Shown here one piece after another: positions 48,901 through 62,366 of a DNA stretch of 64,000 nucleotides. The notes below the pieces were generated by a model. It had not been told where the DNA came from and did not search any database. It saw only the letters and a list, made by a program, of their open reading frames with translations. Position numbers and translations under genes: made by a program. Positions within the stretch are counted from its first letter, which is position 1. Each line of letters opens with the position of its first letter. This DNA comes from Botryllus schlosseri (Eukaryota): positions 6,696,001-6,760,000 of the forward strand of contig CM119383.1 in the NCBI GenBank assembly GCA_051294905.1. Reading direction: 5' to 3'.

Positions 48901-50027
48901 GGAACTAGGTTATACAACGGAACCTTTCGAGTTACTTATACCCTCATAATATAAAAAAAATTATAAATTAAACTTTCTACTGCAACTTTTGTTGAAATTA
49001 AGTGCAACTTTCTCGCGATTGTTTTTGCATTAGTTATTACGATGTGTCGGGACTGGGCAGTAGTGTTCGCTTCTGCAGTCACGTCATTGCATGGTGCTAA
49101 TTGTTACCTTGGTATATTAATACATAGGTCACTATGACAGGCTATCGAATTCGCAGCCATCGCGTTGGAAAATATGGACAGAACACGATGTTTGGAAAAG
49201 TAAGCCATAAGTTCAAAACTACAGTCAACAGTAGATATCTAGTCTGAAATTTACTGGTTCATATTGCAGACAGCCATCCGATATATGAGAAAATGTTATA
49301 CTTTTACCACAAGCAGCCATCATTTGCCGTCAATGCCCATTTAAAATTAATCCTGACTTGTCTCATATGCGGCGTAGAGAGCTATCAATTATGAAGTAGG
49401 CTTATTTCACCTCGCCAAGTATACCCCGGCTGACGAGACAAATTACACAGCTTGGAAATCAAGTGATAATGACTAAGCAAGCAAATCTACACGAATAGGC
49501 AAGGGTGCGAGATTGACAATCGTTTCAACTTTCAATCGTTTATAGGTGCATTGTGCATTGGACACTGATAAAGCGAATTCTTTACTATGATGATTGGTCG
49601 GGCCGACGCACTCGGCATTTTTTCCGCCCGATTTCATAACTCGAGGGCTATTCGAGAGAGCAAAGCACATATTTATATTGCGCTGCTACTCGGATAGTAT
49701 CTCAGTCGAAGACTGAAAGCCTCTTGGTCGGCATATTGTGCAGGTTATATATGAGTGTATTCAAGCGGACGATGTTGATACTGTAGGCTTTAACAATATA
49801 CAATATATTTACGAGACAGTCTTATACGCTCTATCTGTATATAACATGCGGATGCATTCTATTACGATGTAAATATAATAGAAAATTGAATGTATTATTT
49901 GATTACTCGCATTCCATATGGCCCGGAGTCAAAAGGTCAGTTGAGCGCTGCGAAAAAATCAGACATCTTTCTGGTAACAGTTGTTGCGCATAATTCCATA
50001 TTACAGCCGATAGCATTGACCTAAGAC

Positions 50028-53000
50028 ATGAGTCCCTACGTGACTTTCGTCATACTTCTATCGTTGTTGTCAATCGCTAAAGCCCACTCGAATACATTTC
50101 GGGCTGAGGGAATGGCGGAGCACAGGAAAAGATCGTCGGATATAAGATGTGTAGACGCAAACAGGATTTGCAGAAATGTGACGGAATGTAAATTGGCATT
50201 GAAGAAAATACGGACGAAATGTTATCTGAACCAGGTACCATTCCGCATGATTTTAACTATGCAACCTGGTGTCATTTACGTTGTTTCAATTAATCGATAC
50301 GCTGATAATATAATCTATGCGTGTTCTCGCTGCGATTTCATCTGTAAAACAACTCCTAAATGCGATGGACAATTATTGGACCAGTTGCAATGATAATTTC
50401 AAATTAGTACATAATTACAAAATTGATTGCATGATTTTTCGCTGGTTTCGATCCAGATCGTAATAATTCACATAACCTTTCCGTACATTGAAGCACGGCT
50501 GTGTGCGGGTTTGCAAAATGTTAGATTTTAGAATGTATCCATGAATTGCAATGTCGCGCTATACGGAAGAACAATATAGGCATGGTTTATTGGTTAGGCG
50601 ATGACAGATCTTTATGTCTCGTTTGACGAATTGCTTGATGAAATATTCTTATTGAGAGAATATTGAAGGGACATACACACTGTATCAACTCAATAATATG
50701 TGAATATGCAATGTCATTCCTAACAATACAAACGATTGCCAACTTAAATTAAATCATTCAAACCAGTGTTTTACGTACACACCCAAAAATCATATAAATG
50801 TATTTAGAGAATCACCCACTATAGGAGGCGATTGATGGCGGTATGACCATAATAACATTCGTTTGTGATTTGTTGAAACTGCATGTCAGTTTGGGCAAAA
50901 GAAAATCTTAGCGACTTCGGTGTAATCTCTCCGGTTCGAGTAAGTTGGCGCGGTGTCTGCATTCTGCGAATACCGGTACACGTTACACGTTTGCTTTTGT
51001 TATGCCTTAGCCTGATGCTCGAATAGCAGTACTGCAATAAATGGAATGCGTGTTATTAGTAATGAATGAAGGCCAAGAAAATAGTATATCAATGACGTAA
51101 ACCTTCGGCCAAACTATTAGTGGAGGAGTCGCTTCGTCTATGATAAATTGCTTGAACATTTCGCCGTTGAAAACCGTTCCACTTTATTGTTTCTGCAATC
51201 CTATAAACAGGGGATTGGACGACATGTCTCGTTATAGTTAAGCCGAAAATTTTGTATAGACATTCCTCAACCGATCCCCTAACACTGGGGACTTTCGTAG
51301 CCGGTAATTACGTAGCGACCTTGCTATTTTAGAGACAGCATTCGCTATATACGGCAGTAACGTACTGTTGTATAGAGTTGACAGTTATGACTACAATTTT
51401 TAACTTGTGAGACATATTTCCCGAACTCTCAGACTTCTTCCTTAGTCGCGAACCGTAGCATGTTTATTCATAGTTAGACCTATACCGTATTGTCATGTAA
51501 TTGATCATTAGCCACGTCATTTGCAGATCACTTGATAGAAAACTGGTCCGATTACTGGTTGATTTTCAGGCAACATGTCGCGAGGAGGAGGATTTGAAGA
51601 GTTGTAACAAAGCGAGACAGACGATATTCGAGCATGGATTTCCTCGGAATAAGAAGTGTAATTGTGGCGGTAATGTGAGTAAAGTTATGATACGCCGTTA
51701 TTGAAGATTTAGGCCGGGGTACTAAACTGGGCAAAGTACGGATTTTTGAAAAAGGGAATTGTAACTGTCACTACAACTGAATTTTACCGCTAGAAACTTT
51801 CTCGATTGAACCTGATAATTTAACAAGAAATAGCGTTGCTGGATCAGATTTCCCCTCTGGCCCTGGGTTTGAGATATATGTCTATGCGCCGTGTTCAAAT
51901 TACGGTATATGTGAAGTAATCCATTTTATATTTCGCGTGGGCGCTGGTGGCTTATGTCCGCGTGGGCGCGAACAACCTCACCATCATTAAATGTCCTGCC
52001 ATCCAGAGACTCGTTAGCAGTATCTACCAGCCATTCTGATTAGATCTGACCGAAATCACTTGAGCTCTCACGGTGTACTTAGTTAATGCGACCTTGGGGA
52101 TAGAAAAAATCAATGAAAACGAATTCAAGGTTCCGTGTGTGTCGCGACCGAGGACAGAAATTTTCCACGTCATTGCAAATTCACAAAGGTCGTTTAGTTT
52201 AACTAAACGGATATTAGAGTCGATTAAATCGATACAGGCAATGAAATAGTTATTGAAAAGCTGTCACAAAATTGGCCTAACTCTAAAAATGCGGATAAAA
52301 TGGAGTCTGACTCTGTACACGAATTCTATAAATTTTCCGAGGTCAGACTCACCAGCTGAGATCATCACGTTAAACATCGTTCTAAAAAATTCGGATTGCA
52401 ATCCGGCACTTTCAGAGGGGCATGTAACAGGTGATAAGGGATGAAAAGAAATGCAACAGCGTAACAGAAATTATGGCCAGTCATGCGATATCGCTCTATG
52501 TTCTTTTCTTCCGGTCGATTCAATATGTCATTATGCGATGCGGGATATAAGAATTACATATAGTGTGCTTTGCCACGCTGCTGGTATGGATGAAAATAAA
52601 ATGACAACCCCTACGTTACAGTTCAGACGATGGCAGAAGCTTTCCAATATGATCTACGCCAACCCGTGCTTCGGTGAGCCGCATACTAGTTGGATATGAT
52701 GCGAGATAGAAACTTCATCAATTTATATACTCTCATCTTCAGATAACATCGACGCGTTCTTGCACAAACATCGGCCAGATGATGAATCGCCGAAGAAACC
52801 CCAGTCCTTTTCAAATACTAGCCCAGAGTCCGTCACTGTTTACTTACTCCCAGAAGGTACCGTGACTTGAATTTTACTGTTTTCTTATAGACGTGCCGGT
52901 GTAAATGTCGCATGATTTTGAACCGCTATCACCCCATGGTGATAGACGGTGTGCGTATACGCCCAGAGTGAATTGAAACGGCGTGATGCTCTTAGTGTGG

Positions 53001-56000
53001 CCATGAAATTGGCGCCTTTTTCCCCAACTACGATTACGCTGTTAAAGTATAGGCCTATTCGACGGAATCTGTAATGAGCTATCGCCATTTTGAACTTGAC
53101 TTACTTTCCCTAAAATTAGCAGCATTACGAATATATGTTGCACTTGGACGTCTCAAAACGAATACAGTTCCATTATGAATGATCCGCGAATAGTAAATAG
53201 CAGACGAGTGCCAACCGTTGTACCAGCCGTGTATTAGTAATTCAGAGGACGTTGGATTACGGAATTGTGACGTCGCATTATAGAACAGAAGTGTATCGTA
53301 AATGATGATGTTCTGATACACTTCACGAGATCATATCAATTTTTAGCGGATTGTTTTATTTACAATATTCCAAACCATATCTTATCTACAAAAATATGTT
53401 TCAATCTCTAGGTGACCAAATAAGTAGAGAACTTGAGAACTACAGGTAATTCACACATACTTATCGTCCAAGGTTTGTCATTTTGTAAAATGCTACACAT
53501 ACAATGATTTTACAAAAACGATTCCAAATTACGCACGGAGATTCAAGCTCTTTTGTAGCTGGCGCATGAGGTAAATGGTATGAATTAACCGCCAATATAA
53601 ACCCCATCTGCTCCAAATAGTCCTCGCTGTCAGTCATTTCTGCAAGATAAAGGCTTTCCTGATTAAACCGATCGATAGCGGATTTAGTTAATGGAGATGT
53701 CAGATTACCATCGCAACGCGAGATTACAGTACACGACCAGGACGTCAAAACATTGGGTACTGACGCCAGAAAACAGATGGCTGTTCCCAAACACTTGGGT
53801 AATGGTTCAAACCTTTTGGCAGCAGCAATGTCACCGTACCAAACCCCCGTTTTTTTTTTAATATGGTAATACTAGATACTATAGCGCTCCGTTTTTCTAT
53901 GCTGAGTAATATCAACGATAAGTATAATTCCTGTATAGGCGATTTGTTTCAAACTAACCCAGCCAGAAGTTTAATTCGACTCAAGCGTAAGACGGATAGC
54001 AAACCAATTTGATATTTGGTTGCATCCAATGTGAATAGTGTAAGGCAAAAGCAACACAACAATCGTACAATTTACTCATCGTCTCCCTTACGGGTGCAAG
54101 CCTGTCGGTCGGTGTTTACAATTAGAAGCACGTTAGTAGCGGTTTTCTTCGTCAAAAGTAACAAGTCACGGAAGACGAAATCGATATGTCAGGTCGTGGT
54201 CTGGCAAATGGTGAGGTCTAACTAGTATCCATTCAGTAGAAATTGCTTGTATTTCGACTCGAATGTGGACATGCTCGACGACTATGTCGGATAGCCGGCG
54301 AGGTATGTGACATAGCAGTTTCCCCTCAATATCCGGAAACTAACGGACCACCTAAACCGTGACGATTTATCTTTAAGACGATATAGATCAAATCTAACAT
54401 GTTGTAGAGATATGTGTTAAGAATTTACATTTAGTCGGCATATCTACGGGACAGAAAAGCACATGTGTTGTTAATTCAAAGCAAGCGTGGTCACTTGTAC
54501 GTGCATAAGCTGTGAAATTTTTTATCGCGACACGTTTCAGTCATCGACACTATCTCCAGCACCGCGTCTCCGCATATATAAAAATATATACCCTGTATAC
54601 ACACTATACTGTCGACATGTCTCCAAATACAGAAAAGCATGCGCAATTGCACATGCATTTTGGGATGAAAAGGCAGTGGCAGAAAAATGGCACGGCTAAT
54701 TGAATGTACTATTGATCTCGCCTACACCATGTAATAGTTAGTCATCGAATTTCCTTGAAATGTTGTGCGGTATTTGGCACCTGGAGGAGATAATGCATTT
54801 TGTTGACGTGTAGCCAGCAGAAATCCGGTCGCGCAAAATTTTCCGAATGAATCATTCAATATGCATGCGAGTACCATGATTCATCAATTGCGAAGGGGGC
54901 GTGTTTGTGTTAGCGGATTCGCACCGGACTCGATCTAGTATTCGGAATTCGTTATCTATCTTACACCTCGACGTATATCACTAAACCAACAAAAACACCA
55001 CAATTCTTCATTTCGCATCCGCTCTCATGCAGCGTTGCAATGGTAATTGACATCACAATTAGCTGACAAAGGATAAATTGATGTTTTCGGAAATATTTAC
55101 ACGAAACTGCGAAACAATAATGTAACGAGTGCTTATCTTGAGCAAGATATTTCATAAACATATGACAGTCGAGTATTGTCGTGCCTGAAGATATCTTGTC
55201 GACTATATAACTTGTAAAAAAGATGCGATTCAGTTGCGCTCTTCTGTCATAAAGTCGGACGAAACGTTGCTGATAAAATAATGGCTTCGATGCCAGAAGT
55301 TACGTGATGATAACTGACAGTAATACCAAATATTGAGATCGCGGAGCCAGTCGCGTTCACTATCATGCAATTTTTCTCTTCGTCAAGCTTCAAATTCAAC
55401 AGTTCTTTACATTTTGATATGGGGTTGGTTCCCTAATCATACGCCATGGGCCCTCCTACCTATATTATCCGTATCCGAACCTGTAGAAATGACGGACTTT
55501 ATTTCAATTGGATTCATAATGATCCTTGAGCAACAATACCGGAATTGCTGTTCGAATCGACCGTGCTCGATTTTTCTCGGCGTCGATGTGTATGAAAAGA
55601 ACGACATAATATTCGATATTCGTATTTAAATTAGGAGTTCCTTATATTCGAGTAAATGTCTGAGTAAATCTTTAAGGGTGGAATACTAATGATGGAATTT
55701 TCGATCATCCCGGCGCCAAGTGCCGATTGATCTCATTATAATGGCAATTTGTGAAGGTTACCCCTTTCAAGATGGTATTTACTATGCAAAAGTTCATCAT
55801 TACACCAGCTATATTCGTTCGATATTCTCAAATTGCGTCTGAACAGCATGACATTCGTTTTACCGCATAGCTTAACGAGAGTACTATTAGCATAACGGGG
55901 CCTATATTTTGTAATATACCTGTGAAAGACGCATCTACTGGTCTATTGCTGATTCAGGTGTCTCAACCTCCCATTCTTACCTGCTCGCGTTTCATACCAA

Positions 56001-59000
56001 GTTCATAAAACCGTCACGATCGAGACATCTTGCTAATTAACAGAAACTGAAAGAGGCGCGTCATCTTACGTCTCAAGTTGTTGCGCCGAGCAAATGCTGG
56101 AGAGACAGAATTGTAACAAACGTACACGACTTTCAGCCATTATTCGAGTATGCTTTCCGTATACAAAAAGACTGATGTTATCGAAGGTCATGAACAGCGA
56201 ACGCGGTTCTGTCACACAGTACGTGACACGGCAATTCTCAATCAACAAATCAAACCGTTGAGGTGTTGCAATCCCAGACAGATGACTCTGGTGTCAAAAC
56301 AACGGGCCGAATTAAACCGTTTATCATGAGATGGGATGTAATATCGATTGATTCTATATCAGTGATCGACCTAACGGGATTACCTCGACCTATGAATGGC
56401 ATTGCTAAATCTCTTGTTTGTGACGTTAACAGAAATCGTTGCGATCAATAAATCTGCCTTCGAACAAAACACATTTCCTCCCATCGAATTCCAGTTTCCA
56501 TTGTAACGTTACCGCAGAGCTATGTTTCGGGATAAGCAATATTTTTAAAGGCGCATCATGCAACAACAAACGATTGCGTGACGTAATAGAGCGGCGATTA
56601 CTCCGAATCATACTGGTTCGTCAGTCAAAGAATTGATGGCAGTTTTCTGCAACGTGTTAAACGATAAATCAGAGTACGAGATAATGGCGAAACACATATG
56701 TCTGACATGATAGAAATATACGATTACAGGAAAGCAAATTCTTCGTCAGGATAAGATAACCAAATAATGAATTTAGTTCAAAATTGGTGAGATGGAGCTT
56801 TCGCCGCGTAATTTGGGAGAGATTGCAGCAGCTATCACCGCCAAGGTGCCAGCTGCGAGGATGCTTTTATCATTCTTCTTGGAGAAACCGTGATAGTGAC
56901 GCTTATCAGATTGAAATTTTGTGCTTCATGACAATGTATTTTGTTAGGGAGTGTTGCTAAGACCTGTATCGTTACAGACATACACAGAACTATATAAAGT
57001 TCAAATTCAACTACAAATTATCCTCTGCATGAAGCCAAACTATTCCTCTTGTTCGATTGCCTAACACCTTAATGGTCAATCACTATGGAAGAGGAACCAG
57101 AAGAAATGTAAAAAAAACACCAAAAATCATTGCCGTCCATGTACTTGCTAGTGAAAATGCCTAACATTGAATATTTATGAAAATTTTATGTTCAAGTAAA
57201 CATGTTAGCGTATAGTTTTGATGGAGAGCACCTCAATTTGATTTTAACATCGTGTCGTAGGTATCTTATGCGTTACAAATAGCTAGCACTGAAATACTAC
57301 CATCAAAAGGACCCATCATCAATGCCGCGAAATTTCGATTTCATACCCCCAACACGCTATCCAACAAATCGCGCGCCTCGTTGTTCATCAGGGCGGATCT
57401 TAGAATAGATGAAATGATGCCGTTCACTTTACACTGTCAACGCGTTATCTCGCGAAGTCGTCTTTTTCGCTACGGAAATTCGAGATTAAATCACAACAGA
57501 TTGAGGGTTTTAAAGATGGTATCGCTCCACCTTTCGGCATGATTACAGCGGCGACAAACACTATCAAATACAATCGCTTCATTATTTGGTGTTCTTTGTA
57601 GACATATAAATATTTATGCGAAGCAATAGAGCACCGCACCACGCAGCGAAATGAACTTTAAACAGTTGAAAATTTTCCAATTCCTTCTCTTTTCCAGATG
57701 ACAAAAGTACGGATGATAAAAAACTTACTGATGATGAGGAATCCAGCGCTAAAACAGAGGCAATTTTAGAGCTCGATCCCGCTATACCAACGGAAGAGAT
57801 ATTCGGTGATTCAGGCTTCCATAAAACAAGGCCACCGGTTCAGCATGTGCTGCGGCTTGATCCCCAGCTGTTACGCAAGACCATGCCTACAATTAAAGCA
57901 TCGAGCACTCCGGCACCGATGGATACTAAGGTTTTAACACCTGAAGAAATAGGTGAGTTTATACAACAAAATGTCAACTGGACTGGGGATTACTGAACCG
58001 ATGTGGCAACCAAGGGGAAAGTCTAATGACATATAGACGATTGTTTGTGAATAAAGTCAAACGATCAGACAAATTTATATATCCTGCATATATATTCTTT
58101 ATAATGAAACATCCATAATAACGTTTGGGCATAATTTTGACTTCTCCGGCCCGCAAGCGAGAGAATATCCTATTTCGCTACATCCATTGCATTAATTTAC
58201 TGGTCTTCCTTGTACTGCTGCCCTTCGCGAATACTACTCTGTGCCAAATAGGATTTTCCTGTTTGTTCCTCATAAAAACAATGGATAATTAAACATAAGT
58301 TCAACATATTTTACGTCGTGTTAAAGAAGGGGTGCGCGAACTGGTTGTTAATATCAAAAGTGTGAGAACAAGGAGCAGATTACCACAACGTTTCCATTAC
58401 GCCGTGTACACTAACGTGGAATAATAATGCTTATTGTTAGGTGTGGTTCAAGGTCAATAGTATATCAGTCAACGTCGGTCATTGTGAATTACTTACCTCT
58501 GAAGCTTTTCTGTTAATAAGAAGGATTTCAAGACACAGAATAATAAAAAAAACGTAATTTTTTATTCATCTTGGTAGATTTTATCTATAGCTACGATTAT
58601 TGCATATTGCCACAAAGCATTGCATTATAATCGCGTTTCTTTCCATTTTATTGTGACAGTGCAAATCCGACATTCATTCATACGGTTCAGTGACTTAGAA
58701 ATAGGCTGCGGACCATTTTCAAGTTGAATATTGGGTCATGATTATAAATAGATTGAGAAACACTGCTATCGCTGAAGAGTTTCATTTATAAGTGCCACGA
58801 TGGACCTGGGGACGGGAAGGGGGGAGTTTCTGCTCCGGGTCTTAGGAGAATATGGGTAATTGGCACGATATTCATTCAAATTCAATTCCCTACTATGTAT
58901 GTCTTTTCTCCCATTAAACATGGATCGGGAATCGCCAATTCTCCCTCCAACTTAACCACACATAGAGCGAGACAAGTCGCTATAGCTAACGATCATGTTT

Positions 59001-62000
59001 GTTCAAGATGCGACAACGGTGGCTAAAACCCTACTCGACGTGCTGAGAGAAAACCTTATGAAAGAGCAATCGCAGATCACAACTGACATGAAGTACCGTA
59101 AGTATATATTCTATTCAGCAGCTACCTTGTAATTGCGGGAGTTGGTGTTTGCTTTCATGAAATGATATGTAAATATGATTGTATACGGACTTAGAAGTTT
59201 GGAGATCAGGGGGCGCGGGTCACTGAATAGCCTTAGCCTTTCTGTTTACGAAAGATACATACCACGGAATGAAGGTGGTTACCATTTAAACATAATTCAT
59301 AGTGTCAACCTGGGCCCCGTAATTAATGGGATTACCTGTACACCGACCCACTGTAGCAGCAGACCGCACGAAGAAATTTCCCTCGCCTCACATAGTTATG
59401 ATAAAAACCTGCGTAACCATTAACATAACCGAAATTCAAACGGAGAGTAGTGGATGACAGCGTGCCCTTGATACCGTGCCCGAAATTTCATACTTTGAAT
59501 ATGATACTAATACCGAAAGTGTCCCCCCACTTCAGTGTTTCCGCACTTGAGACTATCGATGCGCATTGCGCATCCTCTGAAGTCTGAACTCGAGACAAGT
59601 CTTTGTATAGACGATTTTATATGCAAAACAGAAAATACTGGTAACGAGCGTATTTTGTGCAATGTGTCCTCACAAAAGCATTTCCGCCCAGTTGTTATGT
59701 CATAGAAATGTCAAAGATGCCTAGATAAGAGCAAACCCACCGTTGAAATAAGCACGAAGTGCCTTGACTATATATACACGCAAATATTTGTGTAAATAGG
59801 ATGTTATTTATACATTCGCCATCATTTACTTTGGTGATTTAGCACGCGTACGGATTATGTATAATACAGATTGAATATATGACAAAGCACATCTGGAAAG
59901 TATCTGATGATAGATGGTCTGGGTAAAGCCTCGGTGACATTTCCTACAAATTTCCATGACGCTAAACCGCATTACTATAGAAAGCGTGAGTCAACACAGC
60001 CTGCGTATGTTGTTTATAAGTTTGCATTATCCAACTCTTCGGTATCGAGGAATGCGGTCAGCGGCCGCCACAGTTGTGGCCGCGCGACGTTATACAATGT
60101 AGCGATATCTGCAAATTTCGGAGAGAAAAATTCGGTAATTACGCCTATCCGTCAAGCAGACAGGCGAAAATCGAATTCCGTATACGATCCGCTGATTTGG
60201 ACTTTTGCCGAAACGGTCATTTGGAAAACCAACGGGCACCGTGAACGTATATTATCTCGCGATTTTCGGATGTCGCGTCTGATTGCAAGAAATCGCACCG
60301 GCCAAGGCTCGTTATCGGAAATAGCATCTAAAGTTAACCTTGATACGATAAAATATTTACAACGCCACGCGGTATACCTGCATTCCGTTTTTGACAGCTT
60401 TGACTGATTTCGTGTCCTTTATACGCAAAACTTTTTCGCATGCTGCACAATAAGTCAACACGCAAAGCTGTTGTACGACTTTCGACTAAATACCATGCAT
60501 TAACCACAACAGTGATTAGCGTGTGACGCGGTCATTATCTAGGGATGGCGCAAACCCTCGACAGGTTCTGGTTCGTGTGAACACTTTTGCATAAGAATCG
60601 CTGCGAACACGATTTGGTGATATCACAATAATAAATCAATCACCTACGACTCTCCAGGTCTCCAGGTCTGTTCTGCATGGGATTGCTATTCTGCGGGAAG
60701 GGTGGTGCCAAATTTATTATGCACAGCAGGAGCTGTGTGATAATTTGAGAAGTTTTTTTCGAGAACCGCCACAATGATTGGCGATGTAGAGTTCATCTTA
60801 GTTTTCTGTTTGTTTACAATCTTGCTGCAGCGGATGATAGCAAGTTGTAATTCAAGAAATTCTGATCCAAATTTTTAGATTGCTATAAAATATGGTATTA
60901 CACAAACATGTTCACAGCGTACCGACGCCTACGATATCGTAGGCCCCGACAGAACATTCTAAGGCTCTTTTAAGAAAGTGAACCGGAAGTTCGCACCATC
61001 CCAATTTATAACGCTTGAAATGGGATGAATAATTTTTTGCTTCGTCAGACCATCGTAACTGTTCATAAATATTCACGATAACGTCTGGTAAGCGGGTTGT
61101 GGCATGACAACAGCGCCTTACCAATTGGACTATTGTGGCGAAAATTATGTAACTATTGTCATTGTTTGTTTCGGGTCCTTTGAATTGCTTAGTCTGCTAG
61201 CGGTGACCTTGTACAAATTTCGCTCCACGTCATTATAATCCATTTCGTTTTACAGGTATCGTCTCAATTGTAATCGGCTCGCTCTTTCTCTTCGTTGTCT
61301 TCGTAGGAATCATCTGTTTCGCCGGAAAGAGGTAAATTAAAGAACTGGACACGCTCACGAAGCACTCAGCTGCGTGCGTATAGAAATACAAGTCAAACTG
61401 TTAGTTTGAGGCGATATAATTGATCTTGATGAAAGATTGCGTTTGATGACACTGTCAACCTCACGCAATCGACCACCCGGGTGTTTACGGGTCCTACAAC
61501 TACAACTCATGCACAAAACCGTCTTATACATACACGAAAACTGCGATAGCTTCCTGTCTACACAAGCATGGAGGAAACTAAGCCCTATGATTAGCGGCGT
61601 GGTTATTGTTGGATATAATTAGCGCATAATCGTAGCCTTCAACCGGATTACGAGATAAAGATATGTCGCATATCAAGCTCGTTTAAGATCATTATCGGTC
61701 TATTATATCAACTCGGCGCATTATGCAAAGAATTTAGCGGGTAACGGATGCACTATCGATGAAGTCAAGAGCAAATCCGAGTAAATCCAGGCATATATCC
61801 CTATGCAACAATGCTGCATGCTAACCTATATGCGTGTTTCTGCGTAATGCGAAATACATCAACCTTTTCGCTTAAATTTGAGGTTATACGCCACCACATT
61901 TGATTTGGTTTGGTGCACATTGCACAAAGGCATCTCCCATAAACATTTGCATACCACAGTAAGAGCTAACACGGGACCGCATAACGCGCGTTCCATCAAA

Positions 62001-62366
62001 CTATTCTCGACAGCACCACAATATCTCACCGTAAATTCGACGCTTTTCGCAGGATCTACCGTTCGACGATGCCGTACAAGAGAGGCAAAATTATCCATCA
62101 CCAGCAAAAACGTGACGCCTCCGTGGTTTCGTGAGGCGTGCAACGCGGTTATTATGTCACGATGGGTGCAAGTTCATGTCATCGAAAACGCATCATGTCT
62201 ATGAAGATATCTACCTCTGAATAGGGAAAATGGATCGCAGTACATTATCATGTACGCATCAGCAGGAAGAATGAATACCTCCAAGGCCTGCGACTCGGTA
62301 ACAAAGCAGAAACAGTCGAACTGCAAATCATGTCATATAGCGTCAGCGCCAGGCGTAGATATATGA
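50028..62366 (+). CDS. Type-I membrane protein with a single GDNF-receptor/GAS1-type cysteine-rich domain. Probable exons 50028-50234, 51570-51674, 52622-52673, 52743-52856, 53679-53798(?), 57698-57952, 59008-59097, 61256-61331 (TM), 62225-62366(?)
   Basis: Signal peptide MSPYVTFVILLSLLSIAKA; CVDANRICRNVTECKLALKKIRTKC...CNKARQTIF...CNC...NPC resembles a GFRalpha domain (CLDAAKAC...CHKALRQFF...CSC). Then phase-1 symmetrical exons encoding a low-complexity D/E/T/P-rich stalk and a TM exon (IVSIVIGSLFLFVVFVGIICFAGKR). The 57698, 52743 and 61256 exons have clear pyrimidine-rich acceptors; the 53679 and 62225 exons are uncertain. Confidence 0.72.

Noticed and set aside
56770-56910. Hydrophobic peptides on both strands (possible TM or GPI signal)
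   Set aside because: No start codon or credible splice sites; a better-supported TM exon exists at 61256-61331.
59907-60407. 166-aa plus-strand ORF inside the GFR-like gene span
   Set aside because: No recognisable motif and no convincing splice sites linking it to the exon chain; a hidden exon within it cannot be excluded.
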